NCBI GenBank assembly: GCA_046719305.1
Contig: JBDNDE010000001.1
Coordinates: forward strand, 8,607-40,606
Reading direction: 5' to 3'
Source of the DNA: Gemmataceae bacterium
GTDB taxonomy: Bacteria; Planctomycetota; Planctomycetia; Gemmatales; Gemmataceae
DNA length: 32,000 nt
Shown: piece by piece, positions 9,586-18,332 of the stretch
Numbering within the stretch: position 1 is the first letter of the stretch
Layout: the number at the start of each line of letters is the position of its first letter
Program-made: the position numbers and the translations under genes
Notes under the pieces: generated by a model
What the model saw: only the letters and a program-made list of their open reading frames with translations
What the model was told of the DNA's origin: nothing
Database searches by the model: none

Positions 9586-10224
9586 TCAACTCACCTTTTC
9601 TTCGTCGGTGTCGTCGACTTTCTTTTTGGCTTTGAGATCTTTTGGGTTTGCAACAGGCGGGACGCTACGCGACTCGCTGCGTAATTTCTTGCGGGCTCGC
9701 GACAGGATCGGTCCGATCGAGTTTACCGGAATGTTTAACTCCATACTGATTTCTTCATACGATCGCCCTTCGATGTAGTGCAGTCGCACCACTTCCCGTT
9801 CGCGGCCCGGCAGCTTCGACAGTAGCCGTTCCACCTCTTCGAGCCGTTCTAGCCCCGTGGAAATCGGTTCGTCTTCGACCGGCTCGGGCGTCTCGGCCTG
9901 TGCTTGCACTTCCTTGGCGGCGGCTCGGCGGGCCAGTTCGTGGATGCAGATGCGCCGGGCAATCACCGTGAGATAGACTGATAGGCTGGCCTCACCGCGG
10001 AACTGCCGCAGTACCGCGTAATCGTTGGCTATGACCTGCGTGAGAATCTCAGCGGCCAGGTCTTCGATGTCTTCGGGCCGCAGAACCACGGAGCGAAGAT
10101 GGGCAGTGTGCTGGATGACGTGGTAGATTAGGCCCAGGAAGCGATCGACGAAGTCGTTCCAGGCCCCAGGTTTCTTGGCCAGGCAGCGAGTCAGCAAATC
10201 ACGATCCAGCGGAGTCAGGGCCAC
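9586..10224 (-). CDS. ECF-type sigma-70 family RNA polymerase sigma factor
   Basis: The ORF is 212 aa with a GTG start and GAGG about 8 nt upstream. Region 2 reads FVDRFLGLIYHVI...EDIEDLAAEILTQVIANDYAVLRQFRGEASLSVYLTVIARRICIHELAR. Region 4 contains an HTH: LPGREREVVRLHYIEGRSYEEISMELNIPVNSIGPILSRARKKLR. A ~30-aa charged C-terminal tail follows. The gene ends 76 nt upstream of the kinase gene on the same strand. Confidence 0.9.
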   Translation of the reverse strand: MALTPLDRDLLTRCLAKKPGAWNDFVDRFLGLIYHVIQHTAHLRSVVLRPEDIEDLAAEILTQVIANDYAVLRQFRGEASLSVYLTVIARRICIHELARRAAAKEVQAQAETPEPVEDEPISTGLERLEEVERLLSKLPGREREVVRLHYIEGRSYEEISMELNIPVNSIGPILSRARKKLRSESRSVPPVANPKDLKAKKKVDDTDEEKVS

Positions 10225-10477
10225 GACGCTACCTCGATGGGAGAGTGGGACAATAAATCAACTCGGCATCATTTTACGTCCTAGTGGCAAGTCCCGCCAG
10301 CGGGGCTAGTCAGATTTTCCGCCAACCCTGTCCTACCGCGTCACCGCTACGATTTAATTTACACAATTTAATTTCTTGAACATCTCGAACATCAGGCTAC
10401 CTCAGATGACCACTGTTCGGCAGATCTTGGGGGTACTCACCGCTGAGGCAGATACAGGCAAGTCGTAGATCTGGCGG

Positions 10478-10780
10478 TCATCCCTGCGGTTCGTGGATGC
10501 TGTAGCCCGGCAACAAAATCGCCTTGAGCGTCTCCGCAGCGGTCTTGCTCTTGCGGTCGTATTCTTTTTCGCTCTCGGTTAGCTCGGTGTATGGCACCAG
10601 ACACGGATGCTTCTTGGCCACATCGTCACGCTGTAGGTCATAGGTCCAGCCGACGTTGATCCGTTGAACTGCCCACACCTCATGAGGATTCTCTGCCAGC
10701 CTCTCCAGTAAAGCCGACTGCGAAACCGGCAAGCTCAGCTCGATAGTTAAACACCTCCACAGGGGCACGAAAGGCATCAT
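10478..10780 (-). CDS. RyR (ryanodine-receptor repeat, PF02026-like) domain protein; possibly the last intact frame of a longer disrupted gene
   Basis: The translation ELSLPVSQSALLERLAENPHEVWAVQRINVGWTYDLQRDDVAKKHPCLVPYTELTESEKEYDRKSKTAAETLKAILLPGYSI matches the RyR-domain signature as I recall it (AEN.HE.WA..R...GW.YG..RD...K.HP.LVPY.EL.E.EKEYDR). There is no convincing SD in front of the ATG at 10780. Confidence 0.65.
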   Translation of the reverse strand: MMPFVPLWRCLTIELSLPVSQSALLERLAENPHEVWAVQRINVGWTYDLQRDDVAKKHPCLVPYTELTESEKEYDRKSKTAAETLKAILLPGYSIHEPQG

Positions 10781-11143
10781 GGTAGCTCAGAATGCGTGGC
10801 ACTGATAACGTGCGCACGAAGTTGAGCATTTTCCGAGATGACGCATGCTCGTTGCTGGAAAAGCACCAACCGTTGAGAATCTGTTCTACGTGGGTTCCAA
10901 GTAATTGTTGAGGGCATGGAATGCCTTCGTAGCAGTGCGAATTGAATAGAAGATCCAAACGAGAAACTACGTCATCCAGTAGGACTTTGAGCGAGTCCCG
11001 ACTTGGTTCCCCAGGCGAACCGCCTGCCAAAAAGCTTGTTCGAGTGGAAGGATGTTCTGAGCATCCAGTCCAATAAACTGGTTGGCATCTTCGTAAATGA
11101 GAGCGGAGATGGGGCCTTCCATGGGGGCACGTTGGAGGCTCAT
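10680..11143 (-). pseudogene. out-of-frame upstream segments that look like the N-terminal part of the RyR-domain gene (two frameshifts)
   Basis: Three consecutive minus-strand frames overlap head to tail. Frame A (ATG 11143 to TAG 10967-10969) reads MSLQRAPMEGPISALIYEDANQFIGLDAQNILPLEQAFWQAVRLGNQ... Frame B (11030..10680) reads ..SRDSLKVLLDDVVSRLDLLFNSHCYEGIPCPQQLLGTHVEQILNGW..RILSYHDAFRAPVEVFNY... Frame C is the RyR ORF (10780..10478). Each segment looks protein-like only up to the overlap with the next. No domain was recognised in A or B. Confidence 0.35.
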
Positions 11144-11609
11144 GAGAACTCGATCGGTCTTCCGTCCACTAGATTGACAGGAGTTTTAGTTGTTCCATTC
11201 GCGTTCGAGTGCTGCTGTTTCTTCCGCCTGTTGTCCCGGGGTGAGTGCAGGCCGTTTGACGACGGAGACACTGCGTTTATTCTCTGGTGCAACCACTTCC
11301 ACTAGAAAAATATGCGTCCGCTCTCGCACCCGATCGAGAGACGGCATCCAGATCCAACACCACACTGCGTTTGGGCGTATGGGAAGGCTTGTGTCAAGAT
11401 GGTTGGATAGTGCCTCATGATCTGCTCCGGCATGTTTGGATGGTCCACGATCAACGGTGTCCATCTTCGTTCCAACAAATTCAACGCACGCACGCTGAAC
11501 ACCACTTGACCCATGGGAATTTCTTCCTGCCAGCTGGCAATAAGCGAAGCACGAGAGATTAACGACTCACGACCGGATTTTTTGGGCGATTATATTATTG
11601 TGTCTTCTC

Positions 11610-13538
11610 TCAATTCGCCGCATAGGCTGCTTGTATCTCTCTCAGGGCGCTTTGACATGCCTGTTTGAGTTCGTCGGGGGTTTGCTCGTCTTGGAGAATT
11701 TTCTCCAATGCCTTGACTCCGCGTTCGTCGCGATACACACCTAGCTCGCCTGCCGCTGCAATCCGTTGCTCCAGAGCCGTCTGCGTATCCAACAGGATGC
11801 GGCAGCGGCGTTGCGAAGCGCGGGGGCCGATAGTGCTTTCCCACTTCTCCCATTGGTCGCGTGAGGTGGGGTCGATCTGAGTCAATGCCTCCTTTAAGGA
11901 ATTGCATTGAAACTCTATCCCTTTTCGCAAAGCCTGTTCCAGCCGCTGCTTCAAGAAGTTCCTTTCCTCTGAAGCGTGGGCCATACCCAGAGCTTTAATC
12001 GCGGCTTGGACCACTTTTTCGTTGGTCTCTGTGGAACACTCCTTCAACACTTGTAACACGGCTCTGCGATCATAGGCATAGGGGCTTTTGAATCCCAGCG
12101 TAGCGACCAGACGACCCAGGGCTTCGATGGTGTCGTGAATCAGAATCGGATTGTTGGCCATGGCTGGATCATCTTTGCGCGATTGCAGCCGTTTGACGAT
12201 CGGCTCCACACCCCGGGGATCGGCGAGATCGGCCAAAGTGCGGGCGGCGGCGTTGCGGACACGCATCATCGGGTGATCCAGCACCATGGCCCGTTGATCA
12301 ATCAGCAACGGCAGTATCTGCTCGACCCAGTGCTGTGTCTGGACGCCGCGTTCGCGATGCCGACGAAGGAATTCGCCCAGGGCGGCTACAATTTTTTTCT
12401 GGACGCGCGGCGGCTCGTTGTTGCGTTTCTTTTCAAACAGTTCGCTTTGCATCTGGATCAAAAACCTGAGGGCTCGCTCGGAATTCATGCGGCCCAGGGC
12501 AACAGCAGCGGCGGAACGCGCAGCGGTCGATTCCATGCGTTCCTGCAAAATCTTCTCCAAGAAGATGACGTTACTCTCGTCGTCGGGGAAATGGGCCAAC
12601 CCCTCTAGGGCCGCCTCACGCACGGCATCCTCGCGATGTGGGGTAGCGTCCTTGAACTGAGCGGCCTCACGCAAAATTGGGATGGCGCGTGGGTCGCCAA
12701 TGCGGCTTAACGCTATCACCGTGTGCAAGCGGATTGTGTGCAGCCGTTCGGCCTTTTGCTCAGGGGGTAACTGGGTCTGGTGGATGAATTGTTGCTTTTC
12801 GAGAATCTCTTCAGGGCGTGCCCAGACCCGCAGCAACGGCCGCACCGCTCGCTGTCCCAGCCGCACCGCCATATCGGGGTCTACCGCCACACCAACAATA
12901 GCTTCATCTAGGTCGCGCCAAATTTGCATCCACCGGGTTAGCCCTTGGATAACAACGTAGGCAATCAACGCATAAGTGAGCAGCACAAGGATCCTTCCCG
13001 GCCAACCGAGCCAACTGGGGTGGTAGTCCAGCATGCCGCCATGCACATTTTCGAAACGGATCAGGGCTAAATCGAGCATGTCGGGCAACAGACGCAGGTA
13101 GGTCTTGTCCAGAAAAAACCACACTAGATCCCGTATGTTCGGCTCGCGGGCTTCGCTCACCTGAAACAACCCAAACGCTGATTGCATCTTGCCAAAGAGC
13201 AACAGCAGAAACACCGGCAACAGCACAAACACTAGCAACGCCAACCAGCGTAAATCGGGCATCTCGCGTAGGCAATTCTCTTCGATCTTCTTGGCGATGC
13301 GGCTGCGTCGGCGTTCATTAGCATCCCAGGTGAGGTAAACGCTTATCAGCAGCCACAGGCTCAGCAGGACGACGGGCAGTGCCAGCAGCGGCGGCAGAAA
13401 CAGGGCCAGGAAAAAGAGAATGCAGCAGACGACCAGACAGGTCACCAGTTGGTCCAGCGTGGAGGGTAAACGTGCCCCGAGCCAAAAGGCGTTGCGTTGG
13501 CAAAAGCTTTCACAGTTGCGCCAGAAAGTGGGCCACAT
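11610..13538 (-). CDS. integral-membrane protein with large C-terminal HEAT-repeat (PBS-lyase-like) domain
   Basis: The ORF is 642 aa, with AAGGAAG 9 nt upstream of the ATG. The N-terminal ~230 aa hold about 4 hydrophobic helices (LVVCCILFFLALFLPPLLALPVVLLSLWLLISVYL, WLALLVFVLLPVFLLLLF, ILVLLTYALIAYVVIQGL). The rest consists of repeated helical units of the type R..AA.ALG.igdprA...L (e.g. VIALSRIGDPRAIPILREA, AAVALGRMNSERALRFL, AARTLADLADPRGVEPIVKRL, AAGELGVYRDERGVKALEKIL). Confidence 0.85.
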   Translation of the reverse strand: MWPTFWRNCESFCQRNAFWLGARLPSTLDQLVTCLVVCCILFFLALFLPPLLALPVVLLSLWLLISVYLTWDANERRRSRIAKKIEENCLREMPDLRWLALLVFVLLPVFLLLLFGKMQSAFGLFQVSEAREPNIRDLVWFFLDKTYLRLLPDMLDLALIRFENVHGGMLDYHPSWLGWPGRILVLLTYALIAYVVIQGLTRWMQIWRDLDEAIVGVAVDPDMAVRLGQRAVRPLLRVWARPEEILEKQQFIHQTQLPPEQKAERLHTIRLHTVIALSRIGDPRAIPILREAAQFKDATPHREDAVREAALEGLAHFPDDESNVIFLEKILQERMESTAARSAAAVALGRMNSERALRFLIQMQSELFEKKRNNEPPRVQKKIVAALGEFLRRHRERGVQTQHWVEQILPLLIDQRAMVLDHPMMRVRNAAARTLADLADPRGVEPIVKRLQSRKDDPAMANNPILIHDTIEALGRLVATLGFKSPYAYDRRAVLQVLKECSTETNEKVVQAAIKALGMAHASEERNFLKQRLEQALRKGIEFQCNSLKEALTQIDPTSRDQWEKWESTIGPRASQRRCRILLDTQTALEQRIAAAGELGVYRDERGVKALEKILQDEQTPDELKQACQSALREIQAAYAAN

Positions 13539-13995
13539 GAGGATTGCTTCCTTGTTTCCTAAGGTGAACCACGGCTAAATCTAGGCGTTGGCTACCCGCG
13601 TGACGATGGCGATGACCTTAGGGTTTGCGGCTATCAGTTGTAGGAAATCGGAGAAGAGGTTCCCCGGGCGCATACGCTTGTAAGTGACCACAAGCGGTAG
13701 TAGCCTAGCCAATCCTCCTAGCCATTCTCACGTGATCGAGGTTTCGACGGTCTGGTTGGGTTCCTTGTCCTCTGGGGGCTGGGGTGTCATCTCCCAAGCG
13801 TAAAAGATGTAGACGGTACTGCAGCTGTCCAAAAGAAAGCGGCGACCGATTCGGGTCGAGCATCGTCTGCTGACGAAGTTCACCCGCGATCGAGTCATCG
13901 CTGCCGATTTTCCCGCCGAAGTTAACAAGCAGAAGCGGCAGCCGGTGGAGATTTCGGTCCACGTTCTTTCGATTTGTGCGTAGAACGACGGCTGG

Positions 13996-15111
13996 TTAGT
14001 CGCGTGAGCGTTGCCAGGCGAGCATTTCGCCGCGTGGCACCACCGAGCGGATCATCAGCAGTTCGCCAACCATCTCCGGTGACACCAAGCCGACAATCCG
14101 GCCAAAACGATCTACAACGGCCAGTCCCGGACAGGCACATTCTTGCATGAGTTGCATGGCGCGTTCCAGAGGAGCATCGGCAGTGATTGTCGGGACGTTG
14201 TGATGCATCACCTCGGTAACGGGGGTATCCGCCCCGCGATTTCGGTAGCCGGCTATCACATCATCGCGTGTCAGAATCCCGACGAGGGTTCCGCGGCTGT
14301 CGATGACAGGAAACTCGTGTTGTCCGGTCTGCAAAAGCGATTGAATGGCCTCGTGTAAATCGGCCTGCTGCTGCACCACCGTTAAATGAGTACGCATAGC
14401 GTCGCGCACCAGTAATCCTCGGGCCAACTCTTTCATCTGAGCCGAGGAGGATTCCTGCGAGGCGGCTAGATACACAAACAGAGCGATGAACAACAGCATC
14501 GGGTTTCCGCCCAGCAGCCCCAGCAAGCCGAATAAAAATGCCATCGCTTGACCGATGCCGGCGGCGGTCTGGGTTGCCGTGGCATAATTCATGAACATAG
14601 CCAGAACAGCACGTAGAACTCGGCCACCATCCATGGGAAAAGCGGGCAGAAGGTTGAACAACACCAGCCAGACATTGACCGCGGCGAGCTTGGGCAACAG
14701 CCCGACCTCGTGCGAAGTGATTTGTTTGATCTCCGAAAGATCGCCCCAGCGATCGAGTACTAAAAACAAAACTGCCGCAATCACCACATTAACCGCCGGA
14801 CCGGCCAGAGCCACCACGATCTCTTGCATCGGTTGGTCGGGCATCCGCTGCAATCGGGCCACCCCGCCGATCGGCAACAGGGTAATATCTGGCGTCGGTA
14901 TCCCGTACAGCCGAGCCGCCAGAGCGTGGCCGAACTCGTGCAACAAGACGCACAAAAACAGGGCCAGGATAAAGACAATTCCCGAAACGGCCGCAGCGGG
15001 GCCGCCTTGGAGATAATGAGCCACTCCGATCCAGGCTACCAAAATGAAAAAGGTGACGTGGATTCTCACCTCAATACCAGCGATCCGTGCAATCGGGAAG
15101 GACCAGCCCAT
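13996..15111 (-). CDS. site-2 protease family (peptidase M50) with C-terminal tandem CBS domains
   Basis: The zinc motif is HEFGHALAARLYG, and the second M50 motif is NLLPAFPMDGGRVL. Several TM helices are present. The C-terminal CBS pair includes VRDAMRTHLTVV, EFPVIDSRGTLVGILTRDDV, VTEVMHHNVPTI and LAVVDRFGRIVGLVSPEMV. The track ORF starts at GTG 15147. I prefer ATG 15111 (MGWSFPIARIAGIEVRIH, typical family N-terminus), which has AGGGGG 4 nt upstream. Confidence 0.9.
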   Translation of the reverse strand: MGWSFPIARIAGIEVRIHVTFFILVAWIGVAHYLQGGPAAAVSGIVFILALFLCVLLHEFGHALAARLYGIPTPDITLLPIGGVARLQRMPDQPMQEIVVALAGPAVNVVIAAVLFLVLDRWGDLSEIKQITSHEVGLLPKLAAVNVWLVLFNLLPAFPMDGGRVLRAVLAMFMNYATATQTAAGIGQAMAFLFGLLGLLGGNPMLLFIALFVYLAASQESSSAQMKELARGLLVRDAMRTHLTVVQQQADLHEAIQSLLQTGQHEFPVIDSRGTLVGILTRDDVIAGYRNRGADTPVTEVMHHNVPTITADAPLERAMQLMQECACPGLAVVDRFGRIVGLVSPEMVGELLMIRSVVPRGEMLAWQRSRD

Positions 15112-15371
15112 GCAACCCCCTGGTGTGTCGAAGCAGACTTTTGGCACACAGCAGCCAGTTTATAAACAGGGCTTGCTAAGGGAAAGCCGACGATCTTGAA
15201 GCACTCACTCGAGCACTCGATGGCCCGCTTCCTAGTAACATGAAACACTCCACCTTGGCCAGGAGATCCTTCGTAGCCGCCAAGAACGGTTGCTCTAGTC
15301 CGGAGGTGGTCGCACGGCTACGATGGAAGGGGTTGTTCGGCCTGTGCCGTCTGCACGGAGGAGTCCTGGCA

Positions 15372-18032
15372 ATGCATCGCATCTGGTTCGTTGTCACCTT
15401 GGTTGGTTTGCTTGCCTGCAATGCAGCGTTGCCGGCGGCCGGGCCACCAGGCCCGTTGCCCTCGCAGATCCAGCAGTGGATCATCGACCTGGGCGATGAC
15501 GACTTTCGCACCCGCGACAAAGCCACCCGCGCCCTGCGGGCCGCCGGAGAGCGCGCCGAGGCTGCTTTGGAAAAAGCCGCCACCAGTGACGATGCCGAAG
15601 TCAAACGCCGAGCCTTGTCGATCCTTAATCGATTTCGCCAGGGAATCTATCCAGACACGCCGGACGAGGTCGTCGAATTGATCCTGTCCTACGGTCGCGT
15701 CTCCGGTAGCGAAAAAGAACCGATAGTTCAAGCACTGATCCAATCGGGCTATCCGGGCATCCGTGCCCTGAGCAAATTGGCCCGAGCCGAAAAAGACCCC
15801 CTCGTCCGCAAAGACGTTTTTGCTGCCATCGCACCCGCCGTGGTCCGTCAGGCCCCCACACTGATCGAAGCCGGTCGTACCGATACCGTCGAGCTGCTGC
15901 TGGAATTAGCCACCGAGGGCAACCCGCTCACCGGTGCGCCGCACCTGGCCGCCTTCCACCTGTTACGCGGGTCGTTGCCCTCGGCAATCGCAAAGTACAC
16001 AGCCCAAGCAAAGAGCAACACCCCCGGCAAAGCCGAACACGAGGTATTGTTTTTTTTGCATCGCGCCGCAGGTGATTTCGAGGCTGCTAAGAAATCGGCC
16101 CAGATTGCCGATCACTCTGATTTGCTCGCCGGGTTGCTCTACGAGCAGGGCCGATGGAAGGAACTGGCCGAACGCCAAGAGTTGAGCGTTCACCCCCGCT
16201 CGGAGGTCAACAAAGCCTACCGGGCTGCTTTCGCCCGCCTGGCCGGCGACACCAAGAAACGCGATCAACTTTTGGCGGAACTAATCGAGCAAGCCCGGCC
16301 GCTAGCTAAAACAAATCAAGATGTGCTGCTTTTTGCTAAAGCACTGTTCTTTAATGGCCGAGCTAATCAGGCCCTGGAGTTACTAGAAACGGCCGGCAAC
16401 CAATCGCGCCTCTTGTTCGAGGCCTACATCGCTCAAATGCGCTACAACGAAGCGTTTGAACTGGCCGACCGCTGCGAGAAGAACAACCGACCCGAGGCTG
16501 GGCTGCTGCGGATTCTGGAAGCCCGGGCTCGTCACTCGCTGGGTCAAAAGGAACAGGCCCGCAAACTGCTCGATGCCGCCGCCACACGCCTGAAAGAAGG
16601 CAAACCGCTACCTTATTTCGGCGACTTGCTCGAAGCCGAGATCGCTCTGGATCGCCGCGATCAGGCCGTGCAATTGCTTGCTGATTATCTGGCCGCTACC
16701 AAAGACGAGACCCACCTACCGGCATTTTGGAAAGCGCTGTTCAAAGACCTCGGCGACGAGTTGCTGATCGTTTGGTACTCGATTCGAGGCGACGAATTCG
16801 GCGGCACGACAGCCGAAAAGTTAGCCCTGCTACGCCGTCTAGCGGAGGGAAAGGCCAAAGGCGATGAGCTGGCGGAGTTTGTACGCAAAGTACGCGAACG
16901 GCCGATCGATGGCGCGGTGGGCGAGACCCGACTGCGTGCCCTGGGTGAGTTGTGCGTGGTCAACAAGCAAGAAAAGCTGGCCATCTCTTGCTTCGCAGAA
17001 GCTGGACCGCGCGGGGCCATCCGGTGGGGTGACCTGCTGCGTCTGAGCAACAAGTTCGACAAAGCCCTAGAAGCGTATCGTACGGCTTACCTGCAAGCAT
17101 CCAAACGCGAACAAGTCCTTGATCTCGACGAACACGACGGTGAATCGCTCCCTTCCATGGCTTTGCTGTTGATGGCTGAGGTATTGCAAGCCCAGGGGCA
17201 ACAGGCTTTAGCCCAGCAGACCCGTGACAAGGCCCATCTGCTGCTCTTGGGCGATCTCCGCAAGCGTCTGGCCTTAGCCCGTGCCTTGCGCGAACGGGAA
17301 CTGCGGACGGCCGAACGCCGTGAAGGCGAACTTATGGCCCGACTGGGCGACCCGGTCCTCGCCAATCCCGACAGCTACTACACTATGGAGGGGGTGCGGA
17401 TTCTCGCCCTAGCAGCCGAACGCAAGGGCGACTCGGGGAGGGCGGCCAACGACTTGGAGAAGGTCTTTCTGGGCTGTATGCAACCGGGCATCAACTTCAC
17501 ACGCGGCCCGGCTTATCTCACCGTCCCTTCCCATGTCGCCAAACTTCATGCGGTCGGCCACGCCAAAGCTGGACGTTGGGAGCAGGCCAACGAGGCCGCC
17601 ACTCAGGCGATCACAGGCTGGCCGGCCAATCTAGACCTCGTAATCGCTCTGGTGCCGTTGCTCGACCAGGCCGGCAAAAAGGCCCAAGCCGACAAGCTCT
17701 ATCGTACCGCTCAGAGCCGACACGAGACGGTCTTGAAGGCATTCCCCGATAGCCCGTTGATGCACAATCAAGCGGCTTGGCTAGCGGCTTGCTGCAAACG
17801 CGACTTGGACCAAGCGGTGAAATGGGCTCGACGCGCCGTTGAATTGGCTCCGAAAACCTCTGCCTATCAGGACACTTTGGCCGAAGCCCTCTTCCAGGCT
17901 GGCAAAAAAGACGAAGCGCTTACCGCCATCAACCGCGCCATCGAACTGGACCCGAAGCGTCGCTACTATCAGGAACAACGCAAACGTATTGAGGCCGGCG
18001 ACCCCAAGGCGGCTTTGCCGCCAGAAGAGTAG
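15372..18032 (+). CDS. secreted TPR-repeat protein
   Basis: This is the 930-aa track ORF. The internal ATG at 15372 is preceded by GGAGGAG and gives a signal-peptide-like N-terminus (MHRIWFVVTLVGLLACNAALPAAG). An N-terminal helical module reads LGDDDFRTRDKATRALRAAGERAEAALEKAATSDDAEVKRRALSILNRF. Clear TPR units occur at the C-terminus (AVKWARRAVELAPKTSAYQDTLAEALFQAGKKDEALTAINRAIELDPK). Confidence 0.85.
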   Translation: MHRIWFVVTLVGLLACNAALPAAGPPGPLPSQIQQWIIDLGDDDFRTRDKATRALRAAGERAEAALEKAATSDDAEVKRRALSILNRFRQGIYPDTPDEVVELILSYGRVSGSEKEPIVQALIQSGYPGIRALSKLARAEKDPLVRKDVFAAIAPAVVRQAPTLIEAGRTDTVELLLELATEGNPLTGAPHLAAFHLLRGSLPSAIAKYTAQAKSNTPGKAEHEVLFFLHRAAGDFEAAKKSAQIADHSDLLAGLLYEQGRWKELAERQELSVHPRSEVNKAYRAAFARLAGDTKKRDQLLAELIEQARPLAKTNQDVLLFAKALFFNGRANQALELLETAGNQSRLLFEAYIAQMRYNEAFELADRCEKNNRPEAGLLRILEARARHSLGQKEQARKLLDAAATRLKEGKPLPYFGDLLEAEIALDRRDQAVQLLADYLAATKDETHLPAFWKALFKDLGDELLIVWYSIRGDEFGGTTAEKLALLRRLAEGKAKGDELAEFVRKVRERPIDGAVGETRLRALGELCVVNKQEKLAISCFAEAGPRGAIRWGDLLRLSNKFDKALEAYRTAYLQASKREQVLDLDEHDGESLPSMALLLMAEVLQAQGQQALAQQTRDKAHLLLLGDLRKRLALARALRERELRTAERREGELMARLGDPVLANPDSYYTMEGVRILALAAERKGDSGRAANDLEKVFLGCMQPGINFTRGPAYLTVPSHVAKLHAVGHAKAGRWEQANEAATQAITGWPANLDLVIALVPLLDQAGKKAQADKLYRTAQSRHETVLKAFPDSPLMHNQAAWLAACCKRDLDQAVKWARRAVELAPKTSAYQDTLAEALFQAGKKDEALTAINRAIELDPKRRYYQEQRKRIEAGDPKAALPPEE

Positions 18033-18332
18033 TGCTAGCGGGGGGTCTGAAGAGTAGGGCCAGCCAGGCGGTCCCTCCTGCATGGCAGCAGGAAAGACAG
18101 GGGCAGAGAGGGGGTAGCCTCGGGGTGTTGCCTGTCAAGCCTCCTAGGCTGACGACACCCTGGCCACGCAATGAGCCTGTGCCCCCGTCGCCTCCTCGGA
18201 CGCTGTTCGGACCCAAGCAGGCATCCCGCAGACAGATCCTCCGTGACTCAAACGCTCTTGGTAAGTTCCAAGCGACTTACAACATCGCATGGATCGGCTC
18301 TCAGCTTTCTCCTGGCCGCTCTCGATTCCCGC

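Noticed and set aside
13705-13962. The 85-aa minus-strand ORF, and the overlapping 66-aa and 72-aa ORFs, in the S2P/HEAT intergenic spacer.
   Set aside because: There is no SD and no recognisable motif, the composition is odd, and three mutually overlapping frames are equally open. I treat it as non-coding spacer, although a small gene cannot be excluded.
15240-15371. The upstream extension of the TPR protein ORF (start at 15240).
   Set aside because: The extension has no signal peptide and no SD. The internal ATG at 15372 has GGAGGAG upstream and yields a proper signal peptide.
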